Shown here: positions 50,850 through 64,000 of the stretch, one piece after another | Layout of the letters: each line of letters starts with the position of its first letter | Numbering within the stretch: the stretch's first letter is position 1 | Origin: Zootoca vivipara | Taxonomy: Eukaryota | Length of the DNA: 64,000 nt | Reading direction: 5' to 3' | Assembly (NCBI RefSeq): GCF_963506605.1 | Contig: NC_083282.1 | Location: 44,640,001 to 44,704,000 of the forward strand | Translations under genes and position numbers: made by a program | The notes under the pieces: model-generated | The model's input: the letters and a program-made list of their open reading frames with translations, nothing else | What the model was told of the DNA's origin: nothing | Database searches by the model: none

Positions 50850-53845
50850 CAGAATTCAATGTTTCTGTTGCATTTTAAACCTCGCTTGGTGTGGGGAGTA
50901 GATGTGAAAAAACGAAAGAAAGGGAAATGGTTAAGCACCCCTTCCCTTCTCCATCGCAAACTTACCATGTAATCAACTGTGTAGTTTGGTCCTTAATCCT
51001 TGTCTATAAAATATGTGTGTCACTTATTTCTGATTCTGCAATTCCATTATGTTCCATCTGACTCCAATTTTAATATTTTCAGCATTAAATCCTAGTTCCC
51101 TCTAGGATTCCTTTTGCAAGAGAATATATTTGTTTAGCCAGCCTTGGTTGAAGACCAGTTGACAATGAGAGTTTTTTTTCATTTGCACTTCATGGTGAAT
51201 GTGAAAGTATGTGATTCAACAAAAGCTAATTCTGGCTCATTCTGCACCACAGTGAATGGGACTATCATTGAAAAAGAGAGGACCCCACACTCCTGGCTGT
51301 TATGTGTCATGTTTAGTTGGCAGTGATAACGAAGGCGTGGAAGGATCACGCTCATCAATTCCGTCCTTGGGGAAAACCCTGCATGCTGCTGCACTTATTG
51401 CTCCCAATCTGCTGACATTCTGCTCATTGCTAGGAAACTAATTATAGCTTTGAAATCAGAGAGTGCAAGTGGGGGTAGAAAGCAAAGTAGCAACTGCGTT
51501 TCTCACAAGGTGTGGGAGTGGAAGACAGTGCCTTGCTCCAGGAAAAAAAAACTGGCACTAGGGATTAGGGATGGTGGCAAAATTCACTATTAGCAGACTG
51601 AACTGGCTTTTAGTCCACTTGTCTGCTATCTTTGCAAAGTGGTCTTTCTTTAGGTTTCCCCAATGCCAGTTTGATTGTTTTTAGAATAGAGTATGACAGC
51701 ATTTGTACAGATACAATTTAGCCAGCTACCATCATCATCAAAATTTGATCTTAACTGTCTGTGCATGGGATACAGCTTAAATTTGTATTCACTTTAACTT
51801 CTATCTAGTGGATTCACTACTGAGTTGATTATGTTAGCCATTAACCAGCATTAACAGTCATTTTTAAATTGTTAACCTCTCTCTCACTAATTTGTCCCAT
51901 GTGACTTACCGGTAGCTTTGTACAGATCCATCCAATTTGCCAATTTTGCTTTAGTTCTTCTATTACCAGCAGCATCTAGGCTCATTATTCAACACTGGGA
52001 CTCATTTGGCTCTAAATTCTGGGTCATTCTGAAATATGCCCAGCTAGTTCATTTTTAATTCTTAGTCCCCTTGGCCATACTACCGGTATACTAAAAAGCC
52101 TCCTCTTCTTTGTTCTTCTTGTAAAGATTCATGAGATAACCTGTAATTGTAGTTGATCATCTCTGCAAGAGTGCTAGGGAGGTTTGGAGCATTTTTCTTT
52201 TTGTAATTGGCAGACGAACTCTGAGGACAAGACAAGGGTGTGTGTGGCACATCCTCCCCTGTAAATCCCCTGTTACCTCCACAGAAAACGTCAGCATCTT
52301 CCATAGCTGAGTGGTAAAACACATGTTTTTTTAATGCAGAAGGTCCCATGTCCTGGCTTCTCCAATAAAAAAAATAATCCTAATTTATTTCCCAGCCTAG
52401 TTTTAGACTGAATATTATAGCTTCAAATCTTTAAATTGTCCAAGAGGATATTTGTAATTCTACAGAATATCTTACCTTCTTTGGGAATGCTATTTTTGGT
52501 TGCTGTTGCAATGCATGTAGTCGGCAATCCTTTTCCACTTCATGTAGCCCTGGTGTAAGTGTGTGGGTGAGATTGAGTAGCATGCATCTGGGTCAGAAAA
52601 CAAAAGTGACATTTGCAATACATGATGTGTGATTTGACCCATTAGCATTTGAAAATCACTGTTCAGTTGCAAGCACAGGAGGGGTTATTTTGAGCCGAGT
52701 GACTGTGTCACAGACAAGGATGACATCACTCCACTTTGCATGACCTTCACATGGTCCTATCTTACAATCTGTGCTCACTAATGAAATTCAAAAGCTTTCA
52801 CTGGTTTTGTCAGTCCAGCAATCTCTGCTCCAGTATCTCTTATTAATAGTTATAGTTGTTGTGATGAGGATATTATTGCTGCTGCTGCTAATTATTATTA
52901 CTGTTATTTTTATCTCACTTCTGGCTTTTGAATCATTACTCTTTTGTCACTTGCTTGATATACTTCACCTGAACGTCCAGCTTATGATTGCCTTGCAAAA
53001 TTCTAGACAATCTCTCAGTGTTGCTACAGCAGCTGCCAAGGTTGAAGTGAGGGTCAGGCTGCTGCTCAGGCTCCACAATGGGAGTGATGAAGCTTAACTT
53101 TAAAATCTCTCTGACTATACAAATGCAGAGAAGTCAATTCCCAAGGCAGCAAGAAGCACAAAATGGCATAAACTTTGCTTTCTAGCAGCCCTCATTTCCA
53201 TGGTTCTGAAAGCCTACTAATTTTTCTTATAAACCAAAGGGGCTAGAACTATCCCACCTAGCTCCACCTACCAAAATCTGCCTCCAAGGCTGCCCATTAA
53301 GTTCCACCTAATGCAAAACGTGGCTGGTTGAAGAGAAACTGTTTACTGTACTGCTCTTACTAGTCCTTTCTTTTTCAAATGGAAGGGTAAGGGAAAGGTT
53401 TGTTTATTTATTATTCTTACATTTCCAATACTTTAACAATTACACCACACTGGCTCTCAGTTGCCTCCCTGTGATTGCATAGGTGCTATAAGCATTTATC
53501 TGTAGTGGCTAGAGAAGGCAATTTGGGTGTGGCCATGCACTGGGTTTTGTGGGACTGAGAAAGAAGGTGTTATCTTGGGTCTGTTTTCTCTGCAGCAATA
53601 TGTGGAGCAGCCCTCAGTTTGCAGTGCCATTGCTTAGAAAAACCTTATTGAAGGTCAAACTGGAACAGAGACAAAGTTCAGAGAATAGTTTCAAAGCAGC
53701 AATGTAGGTTTCCTGTTCCAAATTGGAGAGGCTGTAGCTCCAAAAATGCTGTAGATCTCAGGAAAGCGTTGGGTTGTTGCTAGTGCTACAAGCGTGTTCA
53801 AGATTCTGTCTTGCACAGTCTGATTCTCAACCTCTTTTGTTTCAG

Positions 53846-53905
53846 CTATGTGTTGAATTCATCAAGGACACACTGAGTGTGGAGCAGGCCTGTGAGGCCT
53901 TCCAG
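53846..53905 (+). CDS. BTBD19: BTBD19 exon 4 (LCVEFIKDTLSVEQACEAFQ)
   Basis: tttcag| and |gtgagt, 60 nt; BTB/BACK junction. Confidence 0.93.
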
Positions 53906-54119
53906 GTGAGTGGCATTTCTCCCTCCTCCTCCCAGTGCCTGTCAATCCTAGAGACCTAGATTAATTTACATGAAGGGGCAGAAGACCTTTCCTAGGACAT
54001 CCTGTTGTCAGCCAGCTGAACAGTTCAGATTCCCTTCAGATTAGGCTGGTTCTAAAGATATGCATCTCCTCCAGTAATGAATATATAACAGACATGGGAT
54101 TGTTTGTGTGATTGGGGGC

Positions 54120-54312
54120 AGGCTGCAGAGTGGTTAAACAACCAATCCATCTTTTCAGGGAACTCTGAGAACTGTAATTCAGTGAGGGGAATAGGGGGCC
54201 CCTATCAACTCTCAGCACCCTTAACAAACTACACTTCCCGGGATTCTTTGAGGGCTGGTTGTGACTATTCAAAGTGATATCATATTACTTTGAATGTATC
54301 ATGCAGATGGAG
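54120..54312 (-). mobile_element. Unclassified interspersed repeat; related copy in opposite orientation at ~57060-57165
   Basis: CAGCACCCTTAACAAACTACA here is the reverse complement of TGTGGTTTGTTAAGGGTGCTG at ~57115 (one mismatch). Confidence 0.55.
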
Positions 54313-55919
54313 CTTCAGATTTGAGGTGGTACCGTAATGTTTTCTCTTTAAGAGCGCCCTATCCACTTTCTTTAAAGCCACATACCATACCAATTTGTTG
54401 AAATGGAATGTAAGTAGTTATTTCTCTTTTGGCAGCCTATCTCTGTGAGGCGGGGATGTTGGCATGGATACTACCCACGTGATCCATCAGCCCAATGGGA
54501 TTCTGGCCTTCAAACACTCAGGAAAGTGGCAACAGTGCCTTGATGATATATTAATTGGGACTAATTTAAAACCAGTCAGACGATTCCTAATGGGCAATAG
54601 TTACCCTATTCTTGGATCTCAATAGCTTAGCTATAGAAGGTTTTTGCTGCTATGAGGAAGCAAAGGCTTAATACAGTACTACTCTTGTTTTGGCAATACA
54701 GTACGTACACTCTCATCTCCTTTGGTATATAAACAGAAGAAATTGTCATAGCCTATCCCACTCCACCACAGACCTCATGAATACAGCTTGTATATTATTT
54801 TTACATGTTTATTTCCTAGCAATAAAAACAAAACAAAAAGCAACACATCATCCAGGGCTTGGTATCAATAAAATTGCTATTACAGCTTCAACCTTCATCT
54901 TCATTTATCTGCAGAAAAAATATCCAAGCATCAATTTCAGTTTGTGAGCTCTTTTTGCCCCTCTGTTATTGGAAATGGAGGGAAAAAACAGAGCCTAATC
55001 GCCCTCTCTGGAACAGACTTCATCAGCATGAGAAGTGCAGGTCTCAGAGTTAGAGCAAAAAAGCTGCCAATATTCTCTCAGCTTTATTGCAGATATTATG
55101 ATTTTAGATTTTGTGGGTAAGAGACTAAAGTTTTGGAAAGAGGAACTGGCCAAGGAGGAGCAATGCATATGCTGGTGAGGGAGCACTAGAAATGAATCCT
55201 GGTATAAAAATCCCTTTTCCAGCTTTGTATTGCCTCTGTGGTGCCCTCCCTCCTTTACCATCTCCCTAGAGATTGTGCTGCCCCTTTCAGGGCAATAGAG
55301 GAACCATACACTCTTTGAACTTTACTCTCCCCCCTCCCACTCCACCATCTGAGTTCTCTCTACAGGACCTTAGCAAGGCCTCCTGTAGTGCTGCAGCCTT
55401 TGTTCTGCCGGCACCTGCCCCTTAAAGGCTGACACTGAGCCCTGCGGGCTGATTTCACGCCAGCTGACACACACAAGCCAAATCTAGCAGCTGAAATTCA
55501 GGAGCAGCCGGTAAATGGGACTCTGGCATCTACCAGAAACCACTCTAAGCTGGTGACCAGGCATTATAAAATGGGGAGGGGAGGAGAGTCCTGTTGTGCC
55601 CGGTTTCCTTTGCAACAATGCCTAGACGCTTCCTTTATTTTTGGTCAATTCTTTGTGTGTATCCTCTCCCCTGCCCCCCCATATACCGTGTATGGGCCAG
55701 AAGGATGAGGAGCTGCAACAAAAGGGTCTGTGCTCACTTTGCCTCAGGGAGCAGCCAGCCTTCTGTGCTGTATCAATTGCGCCCAAAGGGGAAGGAAACT
55801 ACCATGCTGTAAAATCTTTGCCAAAGGCTGGGGCAGCATTCGATTGCTATGTCCTTGACACAGTAGGCCAAATACTATTGAAGGACCCCATTTCTGTGAT
55901 CAGACATTGAGGAAACATT

Positions 55920-56135
55920 GAGACCCAGTGTGTTGTAGTAGTTAGAGTCCTCAGCTAGGACCTGAGAGACCAGGGTTCAAATCCCCATTTGACCATGACA
56001 CTCACTGGGTGACCTTGGGCTAATTGCTATCTCCCACGCTAACTTACCTCAGCGGGTTGTTGGGAGGATAAAATGGAGAGGGGACAACTATGTATGCTAT
56101 CTTGCGTTCCTTGAAGGAAAGGTGGGCTAGAAATG
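55920..56135 (+). mobile_element. tRNA-derived squamate SINE (Squam3-like)
   Basis: A/B-box head (GTAGTAGTTAGAG..GGTTCAAATCC), CTCACTGGGTGACCTTGGGC body, simple-repeat tail. Confidence 0.7.
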
Positions 56136-56183
56136 CAATCATCATCATCAGCAGCAGCAGCAGCAACAACAACAACAACATTA

Positions 56184-56434
56184 CTGTCATACCTTGGTTC
56201 CTGAACGCTCTGAAACTCAGATGTTTTGGCCCCCGAACGCCACAGACCCGGAAGTTATTGTTCCGGTTTGCGAACGTTCATTTAGAACCCGAACGTCCGA
56301 TGGGGCTTCCACAGCTTATGATTGGCTGCAGGAGCTTCCTGCAGCCAATCAGAAGCCGTGGCTTGGTTTTTGAACGTTTTGGAAGTCGAACAGACTTCTG
56401 GAATGGATTCCGTTTGACTTCCAAGGTACAACTG
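56184..56434. mobile_element. Tc1/mariner (Tigger/pogo-like) MITE
   Basis: TA|CTGTCATACCTTGG...CCAAGGTACAACTG|TA; homologous along its length to 17954-18209. Confidence 0.88.
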
Positions 56435-59400
56435 TATTCTCTGCTACAGTAATCTGATTTCATGAGGGTCTCAAATAGGCCTCACTTGATATAGTTTGCC
56501 ACTGCTATAAGAATTTAATAATGCAGGTGTGGGAGCTCTGTGGCCCACCAGATGTTCTTGGACTCCCAGCCTCCATCAGTCCCACAAGTGGTCCCTGGTA
56601 TCCATTGGGACTACTAGGGCAGAAGGCAGGGAGGCCAACAGTAGGCAGAGGCAGCGCCAGTCATGAAAGGTGGCACTAGCTAGTTGTGTCCCCATCCTCA
56701 TCCCTGCTAAGTATTACTTTATAGGCTCTGAGCCCAGAATAACTGGAGATGCTCCACTGTTGAGTCTTGTTGGCTTCCATAGGAGTATGTTGTCACAAAC
56801 TGAGTCTCCCACCTTGCTTCTCGCTTGTATAATGATCACATAGCATCATAACATGTTATGATCTTAACTGTGATATGATAGTAGGCTACAGGCAAACTGT
56901 GACCAAAGGTGTGTCAAGGTAGCAACCTTGAATGCAACAAATCCATATGTTCTAAATGCACCCACATCCTCATTCCATGCTTCTCCCTTGTCCGCTTGCA
57001 CCACTCCACACTGCAGGTGGCGGTGGTGGTTATAGGACCATCACAAGCTGTACAGTGGCTGAATATATACCATTCAATTAAAGCACATGGCTTACTCCAA
57101 AGAATATTGGGGCCTGTGGTTTGTTAAGGGTGCTGGGAACTGTAGCTCTGTGTGGTATAAACTGCCAGATATACACACATAATCATTTAATTGTATGCCA
57201 CCTTTCCACAGTTGAAACCGTGCTCAAGCTGACTTACAACATGAAAAAGTTCAAAACACAGCAAAAGTAGTCAGAAACAATAAATAAAACATCAAAAAGC
57301 ACACAACCAAATTGAACAATTTCCACATAAATTATAATAAAGATACAAAAAAATAATATCACTAACAGCAACAGTAACTCCCTAACAGGGGCACCAGCTG
57401 GCGGGGGGGGGGGGGCGAGGGACCTTGCCCCCCTAATTTTCAAGGAGGGGGATAGGCCCCCTCAATATCCCGTGGCAACGTGCATTCCTTTATTTATTTA
57501 ACATTTATTTATCTTTCTTTATTTAAGATATTTATACCTTGCCCTTCAATAAAATTATATGGGGATCTTGCAAAATTTCAGACACAATGAAACAAATTAA
57601 AAACATACAATTAAAAAATATGCCCCCCCCCCCCCGTTTCCTAATGCATGCTTTGTGGTTGCTGTTTTCTCAAGGGCATTTGTGAAATTTGTGGAGCTAA
57701 AGTAGGCTAACCAACTGATGCTGCTGCTATTTTTGAATGAGCCACTGACCCACATTTCTGTAGCCCAGGGGCTATCGCCATACTAATTAGGGGAAGGAAA
57801 GGGAATCCTGGATTTATACCAGTACAGTACTCTCACCCCACTGAATAGATAGTACTATCTGGTAGCACTATCTGTGCACCAATCACCTCTTATGCAGGTG
57901 ATGGTCGGAAATCAGCACTTATGCGGCCCCCACAGTGTTTTCATATCCTCCAGCCTAGATAAAGAATGGTTAGACATTCTGATTTTCCGCTTGCCTGTGA
58001 GAAGGTAATCAAATCTATCCCTAAGCAGCAAACTCTGCATTGAGCAATGTGATGTGGTACATGCACTCTTTCTTCTGTTTATATCAGAAGCTACCTCTAA
58101 ATTGTTTGATTAATAATAGCACAATTTCTTCATCTTCTTCCCCCTGCCTTTGTATATTTTTTACCCCTATCTTCAATGGTCTTTCATGTGTCAGCACAGG
58201 AGGGCTGCACTTCCTGGCTGCAACCTCCATCATTATGTGGTGGCCCCAGCCTCCCAATCTTATTGCATTGAACATGGAGGCCTGAAAAAGGAAACTACTC
58301 CTGCTCAGGCAACCCAAGACACCATGTTCAGTGGAGTGAGTGTAGAGCCCTACTGAACTGAGCCAGGAATTCCCTTTCCTCTCCCTAATTAGTATTGTGA
58401 TTGAACCTGCCCTTGGGATCCAGAAGCCCTAGGCATGAAAGTCAAGAGTCAACGTCATCAGGACACACAACACCATAGGTGGAATCAGCACTCACAGTCC
58501 CATTCTGCCTCTATGCACATGCAAAGGTTGTTTTTGTGAATAGAGCTAATTGATTATTCTTAACCGAACTGGCAGAAGGACACAGCACCAGCTCCATATT
58601 AGTCCCCACTCCCCATTGCAGTGCACATCCATAAGAACTTAGGTCCAAATACTAATTGATCACTATCAACGTGCAGTGTGTGGAGCCTCTTTCATGCTCA
58701 TGTTTAGGTTGGCTTCATCCCCACCTCCAGGCAGAGTTGGTGGATGTGAGACTAAAACGAGGACTCCTGGCCTGAGGAGTGAAAGCAGTACTGGTTACAA
58801 ACAGAGCTGTGGGTTCACAGATACTCCCTCCCTTTTCCTGTTTTGCTGCAAAAGGAGAACAGGCAAAGGGTAAAGCCTCACCATGCGCTGTTGATGAACT
58901 TTTTGTGGCCGGGTCCAACCCAGTTTACCAGAATGTCATCAGCATGATGACGTGTGCAAAACTCCCTCATATCTGTCTGTCAGGCTAGGCTTCTCCCACC
59001 CATGCCAGGATGGATTCTCCTTAAGTTCTCTCCTCCCACCCCCATTACCAGTTAAAAATAATAATACTTAACTTTTGGTAATGTGGGAACATTTTATTTG
59101 TTTATAAAATGACATATCTGTTGCCTTTTGGCCCCCCAGAAAGGACCCCTAAAGCAGTTTGCAATTATAATAATGTGCAACACAAATAGACAAGAAGACT
59201 ACAGTAAGTTAAGGTGGAGCTAGTTTAAACACAATCAAGTATTTATAAAATCCAGAGCCGATATAACACCTGGAAGATTTTTTTCAAAAGGTTTTTACAT
59301 CTCACTAAACAAAAATGGGAGCCAAGTGCAGCTTGTGGGGAAGGTGTTCTGTGATATGGGTGCTGCAACCAAAAGGGTTCTGCTGCAACTAATTGTACCT

Positions 59401-60894
59401 TTGAGGGCACTTGGAGATGGAGCAAGGCCTCACATGATGAACATGACGGGTGGACCAGTTTATGTGAGGGGACGAGGCAGTCCTTCAAGTATCATGGTCC
59501 CACCAAACCATTTAGGGCTTCATAGACCTAAATGTATCTTAGCTGTTGGGACTAGTTGCATCAGCACCTCTGCTGCTTCTTTTTTTTTCCTCTCCAAAGA
59601 CAATCTCCAGAGATGAAAACCATGAAGCAATTATTCAGGTCTGCAGCAACGCTACTGAAGACCAACTCTCTACATTGGAGAAGTCAGGTTTTCCCCTCCT
59701 TCGGTCTGGCTGCTGCACTGTTGTTTCGTTGTGTTGTCCGAACTCAGATGGTTCCGGCTGTTAAACAGGAAAAACATTTCTTGTTTTCACAGATGTGCCA
59801 TCTGACAGAGTGCAGACATCCAAGGTTTAGCGGGCAAAAATATAAAATAATGTTAACTCGCATGACAAAGCACTCCTTGCAATTATCTCACCCAGGAATA
59901 TTCTTCCCAGACCTGTTTATTGAGCATTCATCTCAGTTTGCTTGCACAAAGAGTGGAGATAATTCAATGTTAGCTGCTTCTGATTTGTTTGCAGAGAGGT
60001 TATACATAACCGAGTCAAGTGATTGTTATCTTGCACTTTCTGCTGCATTGCCCTGTCACTTTCCATACCATAAAAAGTTTGGGTGTTTTTTTTTAATTTA
60101 AAAAAGTGGTTTGCTAACTGCATAACCTAAATTTGTCAGTAAGTGACTGAATCTCACTCAAAAATAGTGACAGTTTGGAAGCAGCTTGATTTACTCTACT
60201 AGAGAATGTTAAAGTCTCCTGCTCTACAGATGTCGATGCCTTGGACAAGACATGCACTTTCAGTCTTTGGACAGAAATGTGTTTTAAAGTTGAAGTTCGT
60301 TGAGTCATTAAGTATCTGATAAGATTTGGAAATATAAAATTTCTGTTCATTTAGACAAAATTCAGGAAAAGTAAAAAAATCAGGAGGGGGAAATGCATCC
60401 TGGGCAGCGGGTAGAGGAATGACTCTTTTGCTTCTTAACATCTGAGGTGCTGGTGTGACTGCGATGCCTACCTCCAGCTTCTTCATTGATAGTTTTTAAG
60501 GAAGCATGCTGGCATCTCTCACTTCCTTCCTCTGCAAGAGTTCTTCAAGTGGACATACACAGAGAGACTGATTCTGCTAAACACAGAAAACTGCATGCCT
60601 TCTAAAAGCAGGCTGGTTGACTCCTGATTTGTCACAGGATTTGCTCTGTTCTCCCTCATGCCTTTAGCTCAGGGGTGCCTACCACCTTTGACCCTCCAGA
60701 TGCTGTTGGACCACAACTCCAATCACCCCCTGACCATTAGTCATGCTGGCTGTGGCTGGTGGGAACTGGAGTCCAATAATATATGGAGGACCACAGACTC
60801 CCCATCAATGATATCACGGAAGGGTCCATAACTCTTGTTCACACCACTCTTCCCATACAAGCCGTCAAATACAGGCAGTTTTGTAAGGCTATGG

Positions 60895-61030
60895 CAGGCA
60901 TCCCCAAACTTCGGCCCTCCAGATGTTTTGGACTACAATTCCCATCTTCCCCAACCACTGGTCCTGTTAGCTAGGACTCATGGGAGTTGTAGGCCAAAAC
61001 ATCTGGAGGGCCACAGTTTGGGGATGCCTG
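60895..61030. mobile_element. Palindromic hAT MITE (136 bp)
   Basis: Perfect TIR CAGGCATCCCCAAACT; 8-bp TSD GGCTATGG. Confidence 0.93.
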
Positions 61031-61467
61031 GGCTATGGTGAGAAATGGACCATATCCAACTGGAGTGGAGGCAGACAGATAATCTCCCCACCTCATGTCT
61101 CTCTCTTGGCTGAATTACATTTGTGGTATTCACAGAATGCATTTCATTGACCTGACACCCAAAGCTTAATGAGCCCTAGGCAAAACCCTTAGACATGTAA
61201 CGGCTACAGAATGAGGAGAGACACAGTTAATTTCACCAGAGACAGCTGGACAATACACCCCATTATGTCAGCTTTCAAGATACAGCTCACTCAGTTGATC
61301 TCCATCCTGTTCTATGTATATAACTGGCTTCTTCCAGTTCAGTTGCATTTCAATTTTCTGTTTAGAAGAACCAGGCATTTCTACTAATATAGGAAACCCT
61401 AAGGCTGGAATGGATCATGCTGCCAAACTGGGTAGAGGGTATAAACCTGGGCTAGTTGATCTCTAAG

Positions 61468-61592
61468 AAACTTGGCCCTCCACCTGTTTTGGAACTACAA
61501 CTCCCACAACCCCTAGCTAACAGGACCAGTGGTCAGGGAAGATGGGAATTGTAGTCCCAAAACAGTTGGAGGGCCAAGTTTGGCCATGTCTG
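61468..61592. mobile_element. Palindromic hAT MITE, 5'-truncated
   Basis: Same family body (AAACTTGGCCCTCCA...TGGAGGGCCAAGTTT). Confidence 0.85.
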
Positions 61593-62202
61593 GCCTATGC
61601 CCCTTTGTGAGGAAAGCATTTCATATCTGTGAACTGTTGTTTCTGGCAGTTCCCATGTGATACAGAGATCAATTCCTGTAGGAGATGTGAGATTTGGTGG
61701 TGTCATATGTAGTGGGCTAGCCATACCCATGTGTCAGAATTCCCCCTTTTTAGGAGGCTGGGTTGACTGGAACTCATAGTTTCTACTGCATTCTCCCTTT
61801 TACTCTGTCTGATAATAGTGGAAAATCAATGATGCTACTCTGGTCACATGTGGTTTGATAGCTGTTTACAGTGGTCAGCTGGTGCCGTTAATTGGAACCG
61901 TTAGTTTCCAGCTGCATGCTTGGCCATGTGGTGGGGCTGGTGTATCCTGAAAGCAACCAGCAAGATAATGTGGTTTGCCACAAACACATTGTTTTCACAC
62001 AACAGAAATTGTTTATTCCTTGCTTAACTGCACAGCTTACCCCTCCTAACTCCCACCTGTAACTTGTGCTCAATGAGCCTGGGATTTGTCTGACACAACA
62101 ATCACTAGTTCTAACCCCATGGGTAAGCAGACATCATCACTTTCTATGGGACTGATCATTTTCCTTGTAGCATTGAATCCACAGATGCTTCCATTGCTTC
62201 CA

Positions 62203-62301
62203 AAATAGGGACGTCCCATTCCATAATGATAATTTTACTAGTTATACCCCACACATTTTACTGGGTTGCCCCAGCCACTCTGGGCAGCTTCCAACATATA
62301 T

Positions 62302-62356
<55 letters not shown>

Positions 62357-62560
62357 CATTAAACATTAAGAAAACTTCCCTATACAGGATGGCCTTCAGA
62401 CAGCTTGGGGCTCGAATAACTCCATACCCTCCAACATTTCTCCCAGTGAAAACAGGGATGTCCTAAGGAAAAGTAGGACATTCCATGATCAAATCAGAAA
62501 GTGGGGTGGCTTATCTAAATCAGGGACATCCCTGGAAAATAGGGACACTTGGAGGGTCTG
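62203..62560. mobile_element. Composite squamate repeat with GGGAC subterminal motifs and an internal (AAT)n tract (62303-62354)
   Basis: Repeated AAATAGGGAC/AAACAGGGAT/AATCAGGGAC motifs, end CTTGGAGGGTCTG; family not assignable by eye. Confidence 0.5.
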
Positions 62561-62873
62561 CCATAAGTATCTCCATTGTGAGAGAGGGGAGGACTTTTGA
62601 TGGTGTTTCTTCCAGGTTCCAATACTTAGAATGAAATGAGAAGCAAACTGTAGCCAACTCTCTCACTCCCAACCCATGATCCTTTTCTGCTTCTCCTCTA
62701 CCTAAAGTCCCAACATTCTTTCATGGATGGGTATCTGGTTGGTCTGTGTGAGAACAGTGCTAGATTAGATGGACCTTTGGCCTTATCCAGCAGAAGTCTT
62801 CTTACGTTCTCTCAGCTTTGTCTCTTTAAACACAGCCTTTTATCAATTTTTCTTCTCGCTCTCTTAATGGCAG

Positions 62874-62942
62874 GCAGCTGTAGCATATGGGCAGGTGGAT
62901 TTGAAGATGCATTGCCTGGCTTTCATCGAGAGTTGTACTCAG
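62874..62942 (+). CDS. BTBD19: BTBD19 exon 5 (AAVAYGQVDLKMHCLAFIESCTQ)
   Basis: tggcag| and |gtaagc, 69 nt; BACK domain. Confidence 0.92.
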
Positions 62943-63398
62943 GTAAGCACAGGACAAGTGCAGAGGTTTCCCCATGAAATATGGAGGTCCTATTCTAATC
63001 AGACCTCTTCCCTATAGGACCATGTTTGTTGTTTGTGCAGTTGATATATTTATATCCACCTTGCTTCCATTACAGTAGCATATACAGGGTGTTCCGAGCT
63101 GCTGTATCATGATTTGGTTATGCAGGGAACAGGGTGCCACCGGCAGACATGACCTCTCCTCCAGATTACATCATCTCTCAGCACCTTGGTGCAATTGGGA
63201 AGGGTGGTGGTCTTTGTGCTTCATCATGGTAGGAAGAGGACTCTAATGCAGTTTATCTCACCTAGCAGACCTAACTATTTCAACCCAAAACTCTCTATGG
63301 ACATATCATGGGTACCTTACTCCTTAGCTGTGGCCACCATTTTTTAATGACAGAGGAGTTCTCTCCACTCCACAGATGAGCTGCATATTTTCCCCCAG

Positions 63399-63530
63399 GA
63401 TGTGGTGCTAACACGTGGCTTCTTGGAATTGTCGGAACTGGCAATGCAAACTATCTTGCGCAGTGACTGTTTGGCCATCGATGAGGTGAAGCTGATTCGT
63501 GCTGTTCGGGAATGGGCTCATGTTGGATCC
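63399..63530 (+). CDS. BTBD19: BTBD19 exon 6 (DVVLTRGFLELSELAMQTILRSDCLAIDEVKLIRAVREWAHVGS)
   Basis: ccccag| and |gtaagt, 132 nt; BACK domain signature. Confidence 0.95.
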
Positions 63531-64000
63531 GTAAGTGCTCATTTCGTGGGGAGAAAAGGGAACAAAGGGAGCAGGGATTGAGGATCCCACTCACGGGGTT
63601 CTCTTGGAAGATGTATAGAGCTGAAAAAGTCATGTAGGGGAGGAATGATTGTGGCTGCTGCCTGGTGATAGCAGGTTGCTGTGGAAGTGGGGAGTGCATA
63701 ATTTTGCCCCACTTAAGTTGGAGAGGCAGCAACAGTAGTGAGAGTGCTGCTGCTACATATAAATACAGGCTTGCACAGTTGGTGGGTGGGACTGGTTGTC
63801 TCTGTTGTATTTCTGTATTTCAGTCAGCTAGTAGTTATTATTGTCTCCATATGTTGATTGTTTTAGTTTATACTGATGTTTAAGAGGATCTAATTGTTCT
63901 CTGTTGTATTTTTTGGTGATATTTTTATAATGTTGGGAACCACTCAGTTCTTGAAGGAATTAAACCGTATATCAATTACCTAAATAATAAAAATAACTGC

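Larger units (their letters stand above)
26124..63530 (+). other. BTBD19: BTB/POZ-BACK domain protein 19 gene span, exons 1-6 (3'-partial)
   Basis: Six GT-AG exons total 612 nt (204 codons) in one frame and are collinear with human BTBD19 (ALRSLVNNP..SDV..AHRCLL..LEVLT..RGFLELS); synteny with PLK3 and DYNLT4. Confidence 0.93.

Noticed and set aside
52771-53097. Hydrophobic 108-aa ORF resembling a membrane protein
   Set aside because: Hydrophobicity comes from low-complexity (TTA/CTG/GTT)n sequence
59556-60101. 181-aa ORF
   Set aside because: Intronic, with no recognisable motif or flanking exon signals; treated as chance

Overview
Vertebrate genomic DNA, almost certainly from a squamate and most likely a lacertid lizard. 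This assignment is inferred from the repeats: Sauria SINEs, Bov-B, a tRNA-Lys/CR1-tail SINE and squamate hAT MITEs. The window holds the PLK3 (+) / DYNLT4=TCTEX1D4 (-) / BTBD19 (+) block, in the same order as human 1p34. PLK3 exons 2-15 (2393-13587) splice by GT-AG introns into one open frame of 592 aa plus stop; exon 1 is upstream of the window. DYNLT4 has a single coding exon (18380-19087, 235 aa) and an inferred non-coding first exon and promoter near 21.0-21.24 kb. BTBD19 exons 1-6 (26124-63530, 204 codons) sit in large introns and the gene continues past the window. Most short ORFs in the track are intronic noise or TE fragments. The strongest leads are all hypotheses: (1) inverted Sauria SINEs around BTBD19 exons 2-3, where a SINE tail forms the exon-3 branch/polypyrimidine region and has two competing complementary partners; (2) a minimal Penelope-type hammerhead ribozyme in BTBD19 intron 2; (3) a young CpG-rich hAT MITE in PLK3 intron 6 carrying NRF1/ETS motifs, ATGs and a donor site in frame with exon 7; (4) alternative poly(A) signals bracketing the PLK3 AU-rich element. 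No CRISPR array, rRNA, functional tRNA or new protein-coding gene is supported.
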